Below the pieces are notes generated by a model. It was not told the DNA's origin and made no database searches. It saw nothing but the letters and a program-made list of their open reading frames with translations. DNA of 64,000 bases, from the NCBI RefSeq assembly GCF_964204645.1, contig NC_134027.1:19988560-20052559 (forward strand), given 5' to 3'. Made by a program: the position numbers and the translations under genes. Of this stretch, positions 26,758 through 39,375 are shown one piece after another. How positions within the stretch are numbered: position 1 is the stretch's first letter; each line of letters opens with the position of its first letter. Origin of the DNA: Tubulanus polymorphus. Its lineage: Eukaryota; Animalia; Nemertea.

Positions 26758-29122
26758 TGAAAGCACACAATACAGGTCTTCATTGTGCTATTCATGTGTA
26801 TGATATGAAAATCAATAGCCTATGAAAAGATACTAGTTTTTTGAAATATAGAACAATTAATTAACTTAAAGATTTGTGAACGCTTATTGTCCTAGTTTTG
26901 TGTATTTAGATTTACCTTTCCGAATAATAATAGATACGAAAGCTGGAAAATGTGTTAGTATGTCCGTTTAGTATGAATTTCAAATATCGTTGAAGTATTA
27001 TAAATTCGTCACCGATGGTATTCAGGTAAGATTTGTTACAAATCCGTTATCGTTCCTTGGCTTCTTTCCATATCTAACGGTCCGAGAATTAAGGATTCTG
27101 TTCCAAAGTTGTGAGTTCATGACATCCCGAGGATCAAAATTGGTTCGTTTTCAAATATTGAACTTTACAGTCAGGGGCTGGTGGGAGATTATTATATAGA
27201 CCCCGACCCGTCCGGTGGTCTGCCGAAATTAACATTTTAACAAGCGAATCATTACAGAATTTGAAGTAACAATCATTAATAAAGGTACGTATGATAAAAA
27301 CAAACATGATAAATGCACGTATCATATGGATTAGTCAAATGATTTGTAATAGCATTCCATGATAGACCGGTAAGAAAAGTGCATTGTTATTGCTCGACGA
27401 ACAACTGATTACCAAACGCTCGACGCTATGAAAATACAACAGTGACAACTAAAAACTATAGAAAAATTGCTAGAACAAATCTAATGAAGTCTTATTAATA
27501 AGACTTCATTAGTTCTAGTTAGTATTAGTCTATATAGTCGACCATGGGTCCCACTGTCTACATGTTTAACAAAATAAAGATGTAAAAGTGCATGTAATAT
27601 GAATCATGAGTGATATGAGTGTACCGAAGAGCAACAAATAACAATAATGATAAATGTTCAGTGTTATGTTCAGTATGTTTAGTAATGCCGGACATGAATC
27701 CGAGATCGATTAGTCGAGGAACAGTATTATTACCACCTGAACTAGTTTTTGTTCCATGATTTCGTACATATAAGTATGGTGGCTGATTCGGGCCATGGTA
27801 AAAAAATTTTCTGTACGGCTAGAGCAACGAAAAAAAATTTCACAAATTTTCAAACAGAAACGTTTTAAATTCTCGCGCGAGAAAACCAAAATATTTTGTT
27901 TTCTCGCTCGAGAAAACCAAAAGTTTTGAATTCTCGCGCGAGAAAACCAAAAAACGGGCCAATGTAAACATTTTTTGGCGTTCCTCTAGCCGTACAGAAT
28001 TTTTTTTTACTATGGCCTGAATCAGCCACCATAAATGCGCCATGCAATTTTATCGTCTCGTTTCTTCGTTACGTCCGTTTCTTCGCGGCGCTGAAACGAA
28101 AATCAATACCGCGAAGATGTATCCAACCGCGCGGTACAGTCTCCGGAACTTTATCATATCATATATCATATCATGATTTACCGTCAATTGAAGGCCTGTA
28201 AAGGCCTATGACTAGACAGCCTCTTGCTTTGAAACTAAGTGTACTCGTGAGGTAGGCACTTAAGGTGCCCTCTAAGTGTTCCTTTTTATGAGGGTGCTGT
28301 AATGAGATTATAATGTCTACCATTTTTCTTAGTGATTTAAAGTTTTTTTTTAAATTTCGTTGTCAAATTTCATCGTCAAATTTCATTCTTAGAAATCCTG
28401 ATAGCTATTCTTTTTCTTCCGCTTAGTTTAGCCCTGATTTCTCTGTTGTTTATTTACATGGCTGATTCCCAGGGTTGATTCACCCCCCCCCCCCCCTAAT
28501 GAGGAGCCGCTCGATTTTTCGCCTATATCAACCCATTCATCTGGACGCTTGGTCATCTGATGAGTCCATTTGACATCTCACAATATTTCTTAGAAGATTT
28601 GTGTAGTCTGGTCGATCCTTTGCACTGTTTCCAGGGTCAGTTTCTGTAGAGCATGCTTCAGTCTTGCTTGTTTGTTTCGATCGTCTGTTAGAAGTTCTAG
28701 AAGTTTTCGCAGTTTGTGTTGAAACCGCTGTTCCTGTGGGGTTCTATACATGGCATGGCATTTGCCATATGGCATGGCATTTTCGAATCAAAACTTATTT
28801 CACTGATTTATAGATAATCGGTATCATAAAGTTAGATGTTGACGTTGTAAACTACCGACGTTGTAAACTACCAAAAAACCTGAAAATACGTAGTACTCTC
28901 TAGTACTGAAGTACTAAGTAAAAATTCAATTAAGTCATTGTTTCCAAAGAAAGAAGTCGAAATCTTTTCCTATTCTTTTTTCGAAAAAAACTGACCCTAA
29001 CGTATTATCGTGTTTTTCCAGGAGCCTTGTACAGGATAGAACATGTAAATCAATCAAGCATTGCAATTCCGCAATTTTTTATTTAAGGACGACTGGAAGG
29101 TTTTGACTGTGGGGAGGACAAA
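26758..29122. repeat. Host segmental duplication, copy A (empty of the pogo MITE and of Polinton 2)
   Basis: 26758-28160 matches 31409-33700 and 28342-29122 matches 63152-63918. Confidence 0.9.
27775..28033. mobile_element. MITE with TATGGTGGCTGATTC TIRs and internal ~30-bp palindromic repeats
   Basis: ~55-bp TIRs; internal TTCTCGCGCGAGAAAACCAAAA x3. Confidence 0.8.
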
Positions 29123-30320
29123 AAAACCTATTCGAATTGTATGCGATAGAGTATCGTACGTACAGGATTATACTGCATGTAAAAATGTTAACCATAATGA
29201 AACACGCTCTCAGTGATGTGATGACGACGACGACGACGACGGCGACGACGAAATTCCCGCACTTTATGATAAAGCACGAAATACTTTCAGGAATACTACA
29301 GTTTTTCCTTATTAGTGCGTGATTTTCTACATGTGAAATGTACGGCATATAGTAACAAACCTGAAACTGAATGAATATGATATAATAAGAGATGAACTGT
29401 ACTGTTCCATATAAATTGGAGAGAAGGATACTGTATAGATAAACACGAGTGAAAGTGTTTGAAGCTTTAAATGTCTGTAACTAGGCCTACGTTGTTTTGA
29501 TTTCGTAGGTAATTTTCCATTAGATGAAATAGATTCTGAACTCCATTATAACATCCAGTGAAAGCTAATGGCAGGATACGAATCACAGCGGTATAAGTGC
29601 GAATTGATAAGGTGGACGAACTAGGCTATCCAAAAACATATTTTGAACAATAATATTGCCTTATTATCTATTGTTCGCATCAAATTGAAAGACTGATGGT
29701 TTGCTCATATTTTTAAAGTCTTGTAGAATGTACACGCAAACAAGGTACACAAATATAAGAAAATTTGATATGATTCAATGAAGATGAATTTACTGTATAA
29801 ACGGTCAAAATCCTGTAGTCAAACATTCGAACAGGTTGTAAGGTGTTTCCACCAATTTCAATGGTAAAATCGTGCCTAGCTCGGCCCACCATGACTCGAT
29901 TTTTTTGGTTTAAAAGTAACAAATTGTCTTCTTAACAAATGTCCGGGAATAAGAGTTTGACCCTTATTTTCAAATGGGCTGAGTTTAAAACAAGCCAAAA
30001 ACCTATTTCTAAGCGCTTTGCCTCTTAGCGTTTCATTTCTACAAGAATAGGCAACTAAAACGAAAGAGCGTAGAGACTAACTAGACAGCGTATTCTTATC
30101 GTTCGATCATGTGGAACATGATGGGGTTAACACTCGGCTTATGTCTACATTTTATCTTTACAGATTCACCAATAATAACCTCTGAGAAACAGTAGGCTAT
30201 GTGTATTACTTTCTAATCAAGGCGAATGATAAAAGAAAACTTTTCTGACGGTCTCTGCGGCCATACTATTTGATGTAAAGCCATTGAAGTGAATTATACT
30301 TGGAGACTATGTTATTCGTT

Positions 30321-31268
30321 TCAATCTATACAGCAACAGATTTTCGTACAGAAATATTGGCGAATTTCTCGTCCTAGTAAAAGATATATGTAAAAGTTAA
30401 TGGCATAATTACAAACCTGGAACTGGGTAAATATTTCAAAAAGGAAATTTATGACTTCTATAGAAATTGTTAGGAATGTAGTAATGGTGGATGGAAGTGT
30501 AAATATGGCAAATGCAAGTGAAACTGTTACAAGCATTATTGTTGTACGTTTCGATTTAGTGGTTTTATTATCAGACGAAACTATTTTTGAACCCCTGAAT
30601 AACTGAACAATTATGATGGAATTTGAAATAATAATCAACGTTAAAGGTACAATATAGAGGTGGATAACAATTACGACAAAATATGTTAATTGGTCAAATA
30701 GATCATAGTAACATCCGAAATACTGGTCGGAAAAATGAATCGACAAAGTGGGAAGAAGATTAAGGAGAAGTGCATTCAAACAAATGATAATCAATATAGC
30801 AAATCTTGCGAATCTAGGCGTACATATCAAACGAGATGTGAACGGGAAGAGCACAACCGCCGCACGTTCTAGAGATATAGCTACTATTAACCACGAACTA
30901 TTACACGCCGAAAATGCCATGATGAACTCATAGATTTGACAACTGATCAGCGATTTCATCACGAATATAGGACTTTCTCGAATGTGCAAGAGAACGAACT
31001 GTAAAACAGGCATTAAAGATAGATTAATGCAGTAAATGGTATCACTCGTAGACAAAACTATAAGGTAGTTAGCGTAAGACAAACTGCGAAATTTGCGACT
31101 TATCATTATCAGGAAAGTAGCCGAATTTCCAAATGCCCCTGACAGGAACAAGATAGGCAGAATGACCAACGACAACGTACGGGAGCTTCCAGACTTGTTT
31201 GCTACCGACATGAGTACGATATAACTGTCATATGTACGAGCGATCTGCATTTTAGTTGAATTCATCAT
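30321..31268 (-). CDS. Intronless class A GPCR, paralog of 24644-25594
   Basis: Same 7TM motifs; long identical stretches such as NSSWLIVAISLERAAVVLFPFTSRLICTPRFAR. Confidence 0.9.
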   Translation of the reverse strand: MMNSTKMQIARTYDSYIVLMSVANKSGSSRTLSLVILPILFLSGAFGNSATFLIMISRKFRSLSYANYLIVLSTSDTIYCINLSLMPVLQFVLLHIRESPIFVMKSLISCQIYEFIMAFSACNSSWLIVAISLERAAVVLFPFTSRLICTPRFARFAILIIICLNALLLNLLPTLSIHFSDQYFGCYYDLFDQLTYFVVIVIHLYIVPLTLIIISNSIIIVQLFRGSKIVSSDNKTTKSKRTTIMLVTVSLAFAIFTLPSTITTFLTISIEVINFLFEIFTQFQVCNYAINFYIYLLLGREIRQYFCTKICCCID

Positions 31269-31612
31269 TCGCGATTAGCAAAAGAAAGACTTTCCGAGCC
31301 TGTAGGATTGACTGTGTTCCGACTGACTGGGTGTGTACCGAGAAGCAGTTAGTTAGGGTGTACTGGATTGATCGTCTAATGGCGAATTGGAAGACAAATT
31401 TAGTAAACTTGAAAGCACACAATACAGGTCTTCATTGTGCTATTCATGTGTATGATATGAAAATCAATAGCCTATGAAAAGATACTAGTTTTTTGAAATA
31501 TAGAACAATTAATTAACTTAAAGATTTGTGAATGCTTATTGTCCTAGTTTTGTGTATTTAGATTTACCTTTCCGAATAATAATAGATACGAAAGCTGGAA
31601 AATTTGTTAGTA

Positions 31613-32431
31613 CAGTCAAGCCCGCTTTATTCGGATCGGTTTTACTCGGATTTCGACGTATCTCGGATGATTTTTAAAAGTCCCTTCAGTTTCTTATTAT
31701 AATACCTTACAAAAATGTCACTTTATTCGGTTCGTATTATTCGGATTTTCGGCTATTCCGGATGAATTTTCAAGTCCCATTTGTCCATATCCTTTGAAAT
31801 CTTACCAATTTATTCGGATGATAAATTTTGATATCGAGCAGAGCACAGCGACTGTGCCGTGCAACGCGACATGATGCAATCCATGCTCAATAGTCATAGT
31901 GATGTGCTGCATTACGCGTCGCTGCGTTGCAATATACAGTATATGATCAGGCAACAGTCTATTAAAATAGGCTAACGGTATTGATAGTTGCGATAGTAGG
32001 CCGTAAGCCCAACCCGACAGTCACCGTCGTTCCTGGGGCTTTGGATGTTCTAAACAGATATGCACTGGCCAAGTCTATCGACGAGAAATTCGTTGATGGA
32101 GTATTGGTTTTCTCTCGGAAATGTGAGAACTTTCTTCAACGGGACGTCCCGAAACGCGCTAAGCAGACATTGATTTCTGCCTTCTTTGTGAAAAAAGACT
32201 GAGACTGTTTATATTGCGATGGCGTATGGTTTATTCATGATACAATGAAATAATACATACAATAAAAATTTATATTTTGTTTTGATTTAAGTGCAACACT
32301 CATTGTTGTCATTTTCAATGGTAGAGGCATGGTAAATTGCTACACAAAAGGCTATCTATTTAATTCGGATTTCACATAACTCGGACGAATTTTAGCGGTC
32401 CCGAGTGATCCGAATAAAGCGGGTTTGACTG
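31613..32431 (+). mobile_element. Tc1/mariner-pogo (Tigger-like) non-autonomous element with TA TSD
   Basis: TIR CAGTCAAGCCCGCTTTATTCGGATC / GATCCGAATAAAGCGGGTTTGACTG with TA on both sides. Empty site at ~26959 in the paralog. Retains a transposase C-terminus KQTLISAFF. Confidence 0.9.
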
Positions 32432-33247
32432 TATGTCTGTTTAGTATGAATTTCAAATATCGTTGAAGTATTATAAATTCGTCACCGATGGTATTCAGGT
32501 AAGATTTGTTACAAACCCGTTATCGTCCCTTGGCTTCTTTCCATATCTAACGGTCCCAGAATTAAGGATTCTGTTCCAAAGTTGTGAGTTCATGACATCC
32601 CGAGGATCAAAATTGGTTCGTTTTCAAATATTGAACTTTACAGTCATGGGCTGGTGGGGGATTATTATATAGACCCCGACCCGTCCGGTGGTCTGCCGAA
32701 ATTAACATTTTAACAAGCGAATCATTACAGAATTTGAAGTAACAATCATTAATAAAGGTACGTATGATAAAAACAAACATGATAAATGCACGTATCATAT
32801 GGATTAGTCAAATGATTTGTAATAGCATTCCATGATAGACCGGTAAGAAAAGTGCATTGTTATTGCTCGACGAACAACTGATTACCAAACGCTCGACGCT
32901 ATGAAAATACAACAGTGACAACTAAAAACTATAGAAAAATTGCTAGAACAAATCTAATGAAGTCTTATTAATAAGACTTCATTAGTTTTAGTTAGTATTA
33001 GTCTATATAGTCAACCATGGGTCCCACTGTCTACATATTTAACAAAATAAAGATGCAAAAGTGCATGTAATATGAATCATGAGTGATATGAGTGTACCGA
33101 AGAGCAACAAATAACAATAATGATAAATGTTCAGTGTTATGTTCAGTATGTTCAGTAATGCCGGACATGAATCCGAGATCGATTAGTCGAGGAACAGTAT
33201 TATTACCACCTGAACTAGTTTTTGTTCCATGATTTCGTACAAATACG

Positions 33248-33573
33248 TATGGTGGCTGATTCGGGCCATGGTAAAAAAATTGTCTGTACGGCTAGAGCAA
33301 CGAAAAAAAATTTCACATTGGCCATTGCGCATTTGGTTAAAAAAATGGGCCAATGTCAGTTTTTATCCAGCCTCTAGCCAGTCAGGAAAAAAAATTTTCA
33401 AACAAAAACGTTTTAAATTCTCGCGCGAGAAAACCAAAATATTTTGTTTTCTCGCTCGAGAAAACCAAAAGTTTTGAATTCTCGCGCGAGAAAACCAAAA
33501 ACGGGCCAATGTAAACATTTTTGGCGTTCCTCTAGCCGTACAGGCCGTACTATGGCCTGAATCAGCCACCATA
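33248..33573. mobile_element. MITE, paralogous copy of 27775-28033
   Basis: Same TIRs and internal repeats. Confidence 0.8.
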
Positions 33574-33700
33574 AATGCGCCATGCAATTTTATCGTCTCG
33601 TTTCTTCGTTACGTCCGTTTCTTCGCGGCGCTGAAACGAAAATCAATACCGCGAAGATGTATCCAACCGCGCGGTACAGTCTCCGGAACTTTATCATATC

Positions 33701-34263
33701 AGTAATAGGGATAATAGGCTTTCAAGCCAAAGGTCGAAGGGTTGAGTTCATTAAAAAACAAAACATTAAAAGTAATTTAAAACTATAATATATTTTCATA
33801 ACCGTGTGCATTTCATATTATAACTAAATATTCATTCTAAGATATCAATAATTTAAATTTAAAAAGCATATTGTATTAAATCAATTGGTCGCTCCACTTC
33901 GCTACCGCTCCGCTCCGCGACCAATTGATTTATTTACAATACACAAAATCATATAATCAAATATATTTTAATAATAATTATTATTCTATTATTCAACTGA
34001 AATACACACGGTTATGAAAATATATTATAGTTTTAAATTACTTTTAATATTTGTTTTTAATATACTCGACCATTCAACCTTTAACCTGAAAGCCTATTAT
34101 CCCTATTACTCTTAAAATAATCATATAAATGAATAACATTTAAATTGACAGATTATTCAATATAAAAGTATATATTTACAACATTATTTCAATATTCATA
34201 TTTGTATGAGTTAGATTTTTAAACATTAAAAGTGTTAGTAAAGTGTGATTGAAATAATACATA
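33701..34263. repeat. Left TIR of copy 2 (33701-34110 is itself a palindrome)
   Basis: Reverse complement of 62744-63139 and of the copy 1 right end. Confidence 0.92.
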
Positions 34264-35009
34264 GCTGTTTATACTAGAACATGATTCTATTGGAGCCTAT
34301 ATACATTTCATGTAATGAACTATTGAATAAATCTATAAATTCACAGCTGTTACAGCTGTACTATGACGCCGAGACATATGAGTCATAATATTGCAAACGT
34401 GTAGAGAACATTCTAGAAAGGTGTGCCGGAACCAGATGACGTGGCAGGAAATGAACAGACGCTGTAACATTACGCTTAGGATATTCTATCTCTCGAAACG
34501 AAATTAGGAGTTTATAGTTTACAATTCTAAATCTAAATGTAAGTACTGTTTTTTGTAGTTATTAGGGCTATTAAATATGAAACCTTTAGATATATTTAAG
34601 TGTATTTAGTATATCTTTTAGATGGCTAGAGTTGCCGCTAATATCTTTTAGATTAATAAAACGCCATACGCATCAAGAAGTGATAGAGAAACTCAAGATA
34701 CTCTTTCTGACTGAGGAATCAACAACAATAGATATCGAACCAATAGAAATTAGCACAAGAAACACAAGAATCGCCAAAAGATCGACGAAGAAACTATATA
34801 AGAATTTCAAAAACATTAAGACTCCAATGATTAAGTTTAACATTTGTTGATGTAGTTAAATATTTACCAGCAATTGAAAAAATGTTTGTAATTATAAATT
34901 GTATTTATAGAAATCAAATGATGTATTGGAAGAAACGGCCGAACAGCTTGTATAATGTATTGTGTAAATCTGATTGGTGAATTTTTATGTTCGGTCGTTT
35001 CTATTCAGA

Positions 35010-35300
35010 ATGAATATATAATTATGATTAGCGCATGCGCATTGATCAAAAGCGCGCACGAATGCGCGGTTTTGCTCAGTGATATGATTTAGATATTTCA
35101 TGTCGGTTGCTTCTATTATGATTAACACATGTGCATTAAGCAAAACCGGCCAATAATGGCCGCATGTGACGCATGTAACGCATGTGTTGTTTCTATTTTA
35201 CAGAATTTATAGAATAAATATATAATTATGATTAACGCATGCGCATTAAGCAAAAGCGCGCATGAATGCGCGCTTTTGCCCAGTGGTATTATTTAGATAT
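35010..35300 (+). promoter_or_regulatory. Repeated GC-rich modules with GCGCATGCGC (NRF1-like) motifs and a 14-bp hairpin upstream of the first gene
   Basis: ATTATGATTA-GCATGCGCATT module x3; GCAAAAGCGCGCAT-GA-ATGCGCGCTTTTGC at ~35250-35279. Confidence 0.45.
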
Positions 35301-35417
35301 CAAGGAATCGAAACAACTTATCAAAAGCAGCGAGGAATGAAAAAGGATGACGTTGGTCGAAGAAATGGAAGAGGATTCTAAAATATTAACCAATTTAGTA
35401 AAAAATACATATAATAA

Positions 35418-36087
35418 ATGGAACCAGAACAACCACAAATTATCAATATTACAAATAACACTGCTGGTGTTATAAATATATATATTACAAGAAGTGTTCT
35501 AAATGTGAATTAGATAAATTAGCTTTAACAGAATTTAGTAAGCGTAAAATTAAGATGGTTTTCAATATTGTTGTAAAACTTGTTTTAAACTATATACCAA
35601 ACAATACCGAGAAGATAATATAGAACATTATAGTTATTATATAGCAGAATATATGAGAGAAAGATATCAAACAGATCTTAATTTTAGATTGAAACAATGC
35701 TTAAGATCTAGATTAACACAATTATTCTACAAAGAAACACATTCAGAAACACTATCTAATTTATTGGGTTGTTCAGATAAATTTCTTAAATCATTGATTG
35801 TATATCAATTCGACGATAAAATGAATATAGATAATTATGGTGAATACTTTCATATTGATCATACGTTACCAATATTTAAATTTAACATGAATGATGAATA
35901 CAATAAAAAACTTATTTGGAATTGGAAGAATTTAAGACCTTTAGAAAAGAAGGAAAACATAATTAAATCTAATAAACTAGATTTAGAGTTATATTTAGAA
36001 CAGTTAACAAAGGCAAAGAAATTTATTGATCAATGGAACAATGATCCAAATAATGAACAATACGTTGAGTCTTTAATGAGTGGTTAA
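35418..36087 (+). pseudogene. HNH endonuclease, copy 2 (two frameshifts)
   Basis: Homolog of 171-853. Confidence 0.75.
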
Positions 36088-36292
36088 AGATTAATATATC
36101 TCAAATAAAAAATATTAACAATTACATAACTTCAACTAACCAGTGAATTCTATTATATTTTTAATATTTTCTTTTCAAAAAGAGAATACTTTATATTTTG
36201 AATAGATCCGAATAGAAATTCTTTAGCTTTAACTACCTAATATCATTTGAAGAATACTTATAATATTTTTTTGGCTTTTTTCTCTGATATAA

Positions 36293-36895
36293 ATGTCAAA
36301 GAAATCTAATAAGAATAGTATTGATATTGAAAAAACATTAGATGATTTGGGTATAAGTGATAATAAAGATACAGTTGTAACTAATTGTGCTCAAGTTAAT
36401 TGTAATATAGATTATGAATACTATTTTTATTGTAAGCATCATCTAGAACTATTGATTGCCGGTGGAAAAACTAAAGAGTTTTTAAATAGAATTATTACTT
36501 TTCAAGAATTAGATGCTATGAAACCAGATAAAGTAATAAAATATTTTAAGATTTATGAAGAGGCAAGATTAGCCCGAATAAATGATTCTATTTCAGATGG
36601 TATTGTCAAATGTTGTTCTAAGTTATGTAACCAGTTAATACCAATTAATGATGAAAATAAATTATATAGTGATTTGAAAAATGACTACTTAGTTATGACT
36701 GAATTACAAAAATGGGTTGGTTATGCTTCATTTCAATTAGGATCGGTTATGACATTAATTTCTACTGGTGTCATAACATTTTCGAACATCAAGCCTATGG
36801 AATATAAATCAGGTAAGAACGAAACAGATGTACTACAACCAAACGTCGAAACAGAAAATGAATCAGAACAAAAATTAACTAAAATAAATGAGTGA
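36293..36895 (+). CDS. Hypothetical protein, 200 aa
   Basis: Homolog of 1166-1768. Confidence 0.8.
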   Translation: MSKKSNKNSIDIEKTLDDLGISDNKDTVVTNCAQVNCNIDYEYYFYCKHHLELLIAGGKTKEFLNRIITFQELDAMKPDKVIKYFKIYEEARLARINDSISDGIVKCCSKLCNQLIPINDENKLYSDLKNDYLVMTELQKWVGYASFQLGSVMTLISTGVITFSNIKPMEYKSGKNETDVLQPNVETENESEQKLTKINE

Positions 36896-37256
36896 TGATG
36901 TTAAGAAAAAGGCTAGATCCGAGAAACAAATTAAATGGGCAAGAGAATTAGGTAAAAGATCTTCAGAATTAAAAAAAGCTAAGAAAAAGAAATTAACTGA
37001 TATAAATGAATCACAGAAATTATCTGATATTGATTCGAATAATAATCCATCTGATTCTTCTAATAGTGGATGAAATAATTACTTACATATTACAATTGGA
37101 TTAGTAACAGTTATTATATTATCCGGTGTAATATATAAATCAAAATTCAAATCTAATGATAAAGATGATTCCAATGACAATAAACCTATTATACCAGAAA
37201 ATAAGTCAAATCATAAAGCCATTGAAACTAAATCTAAATTATTATTAATGGATTAA
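36888..37256 (+). pseudogene. Small basic transmembrane protein with nonsense mutation
   Basis: AGA>TGA at 37071 relative to copy 1. Confidence 0.75.
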
Positions 37257-37262
37257 AATAAG

Positions 37263-38352
37263 ATGAAAAAAGAACAATATTTAAGAGATTTATATTATAA
37301 CCCAGAAAGTGAAGTATCATATTCTAACGTTTCAGAATTATGGAATAAAATTAAATCTGATAATGAAAATGGTGATATAAAATATAGTGAATTAAAATCA
37401 TGGTTACAAAATCAACCAACATATCAAATCCACAAGAAAATGGATAAAACTTATTTAACAAGAAAAGTTATGGTTTCATATATCGATCAACAATGGCAAG
37501 CAGATTTCATTGACATGAAGAACTTAGAAGAACATAGTAAAGGATATTTCTGGATATTAAATGTTATAGATATATTCAGTAGATACGCATGGTCAATTCC
37601 AATCAAAAATAAAACTGGTATAGAAGTTACAAATGCTTTTAAATCTATATTTAAAGAAGCTATTCCAGATAAGATACAATTTGATGAAGGTAAGGAATTT
37701 TATAACAAACATTTCAAAAAACTATTATCTGATAACGATGTAGATTATTTTTCAACACTCAGATAAAAAAGCATCTATTATAGAAAGATTTAATGAAACA
37801 TTGAAAACTAGAATGTGGAAATATTTTACTGCTAATGAAACATATAAATATATCGATGTGTTAGATGATTTAGTGAAAGGTTATAATAATTCTAAACATA
37901 GTTCTATAAATATGAAACCAATACAAGCTAGAAAAGAAGATAATTCAAAAATAGTTTGGAATAATTTATATGGAGCATTTGTTACACATGATTTCGGTGA
38001 ACCTAGATTCAAAATTGGACAACACGTAAGAATATCTAAATATAGAAAAACATTTTATAAAGGTTATACCCCTAATTTTACAGAAGAAATATTTAAAATT
38101 AAGAAGATAATATTAACTAAACCTTTTGTTTATAAATTAGAAGATTTAAAAGATGAAGAAATATTAGGTTATTTCTATGAACAAGAATTATCACTTGTAC
38201 CAAATCCAGATGAAATAGAATACAAAATAGAAAAAGTATTGAAAACAAAAACTCTTAAAGGAAAAAAGTATTCTTTGGTGAAATATAAAGAATACGATGA
38301 TAAATTTAATGAATGGATTTTATCTAGTAAAATTAAAAGAATAAATGAATAA
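37263..38352 (+). pseudogene. RVE integrase with C-terminal chromodomain; 2-nt frameshift at ~37755
   Basis: DDE motifs; YKIEKVLKTK...YSLVKYKEYDDKFNEWI chromo-like tail. Confidence 0.9.
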
Positions 38353-38956
38353 AGATTTATTTATATTTGAACCGCATAATATGTTAATAACTGGAGTAAC
38401 CAACTGTGGTAAAACACCTTTCATATTAGATTTGTTAGAAACTATTTATAAGAATCATTTTGATAATATAATATTATTCTGTCCTACTTATGAAATGATT
38501 AAAACATATAATAGAGACATAGTTAAGATGAAAAAGTTTATTATATTAGATCCTAAAACAGTAAAAGAAAATTTAGATAATTGTATAAAAATAGCAATTG
38601 ATACTTATAAAGGATCAAATACATTATTTATCATAGATGATTGCGCAAATTTACATGATTCAAAAGTTAGAGAAAGTAAGTTATGTTATCTAGCTTTCTC
38701 TGGGAGACATTTTGGGATAACAACATGGGTTTTAAATCAAAAATATAATTCAATTGTTAAAGACTTTAGGGAGAATATAAGATTTCTAGTTTTATTCTAC
38801 AATAAAGATAGAAAATCTATGCAACAATCATTGGAAGAAAATCAAATTATACCTACTGAGTTACATGATGAATATATGAATAAATTAAAGAATAATAAAG
38901 GTTCAAAATTATTACTGAGATTACAATTTCCCTATGAATTTAAATTTATAAAATAA
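38345..38956 (+). CDS. A32/FtsK-like genome-packaging ATPase
   Basis: Walker A GVTNCGKT, Walker B LFIIDD, SGRH. Confidence 0.9.
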   Translation: MNKDLFIFEPHNMLITGVTNCGKTPFILDLLETIYKNHFDNIILFCPTYEMIKTYNRDIVKMKKFIILDPKTVKENLDNCIKIAIDTYKGSNTLFIIDDCANLHDSKVRESKLCYLAFSGRHFGITTWVLNQKYNSIVKDFRENIRFLVLFYNKDRKSMQQSLEENQIIPTELHDEYMNKLKNNKGSKLLLRLQFPYEFKFIK

Positions 38957-38969
38957 AATCCTAATTTGG

Positions 38970-39375
38970 AATATTATAGAAACTAATTTATATATCTATG
39001 TACTAGACGTACGAGTAAGAAAGTAAGATTCTTACCTTTTTACTTTCTTGGCAAGAATCTTGGATTCTTACGTACGTCTAGTCCATAGAAATATGAATTA
39101 ATAAATGAAATATATAATAATGAATATATCATATATTAAAACTATGTTTATAATTTATATTTATAATTTATAATTATAATTTATGTTTATAATTTATATT
39201 TATAATTTATGTTTATAATTTATGTTTATAATTTATGTTTATAATTTATGTCTATAATTTATGTTTATAATTTATATTTCTTGGCAAGGATTCTTGGATT
39301 CTTACTTTCTTACTCATACGTCTAGTGCATAGATATATAAATAGTTTTATAGATATATAAATAGTTTTATAATAA
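38970..39375. repeat. Inverted-repeat spacer enclosing a 12-bp tandem repeat
   Basis: CTATGTACTAGACGTACGAGTAAGAAAGTAAGA (~38996) is inverted at ~39300-39332; (TTATAATTTATG)n at ~39145-39278. Confidence 0.8.

Noticed and set aside
26990-28775. Short duplicated ORFs (e.g. 26990-27199, 28590-28775, 44919-45128 and their copies)
   Set aside because: Conserved only because the DNA was recently duplicated; no recognisable domains.
33701-34110. Flip/flop isomers of the terminal hairpin
   Set aside because: All three visible ends have the loop in the same relative orientation.
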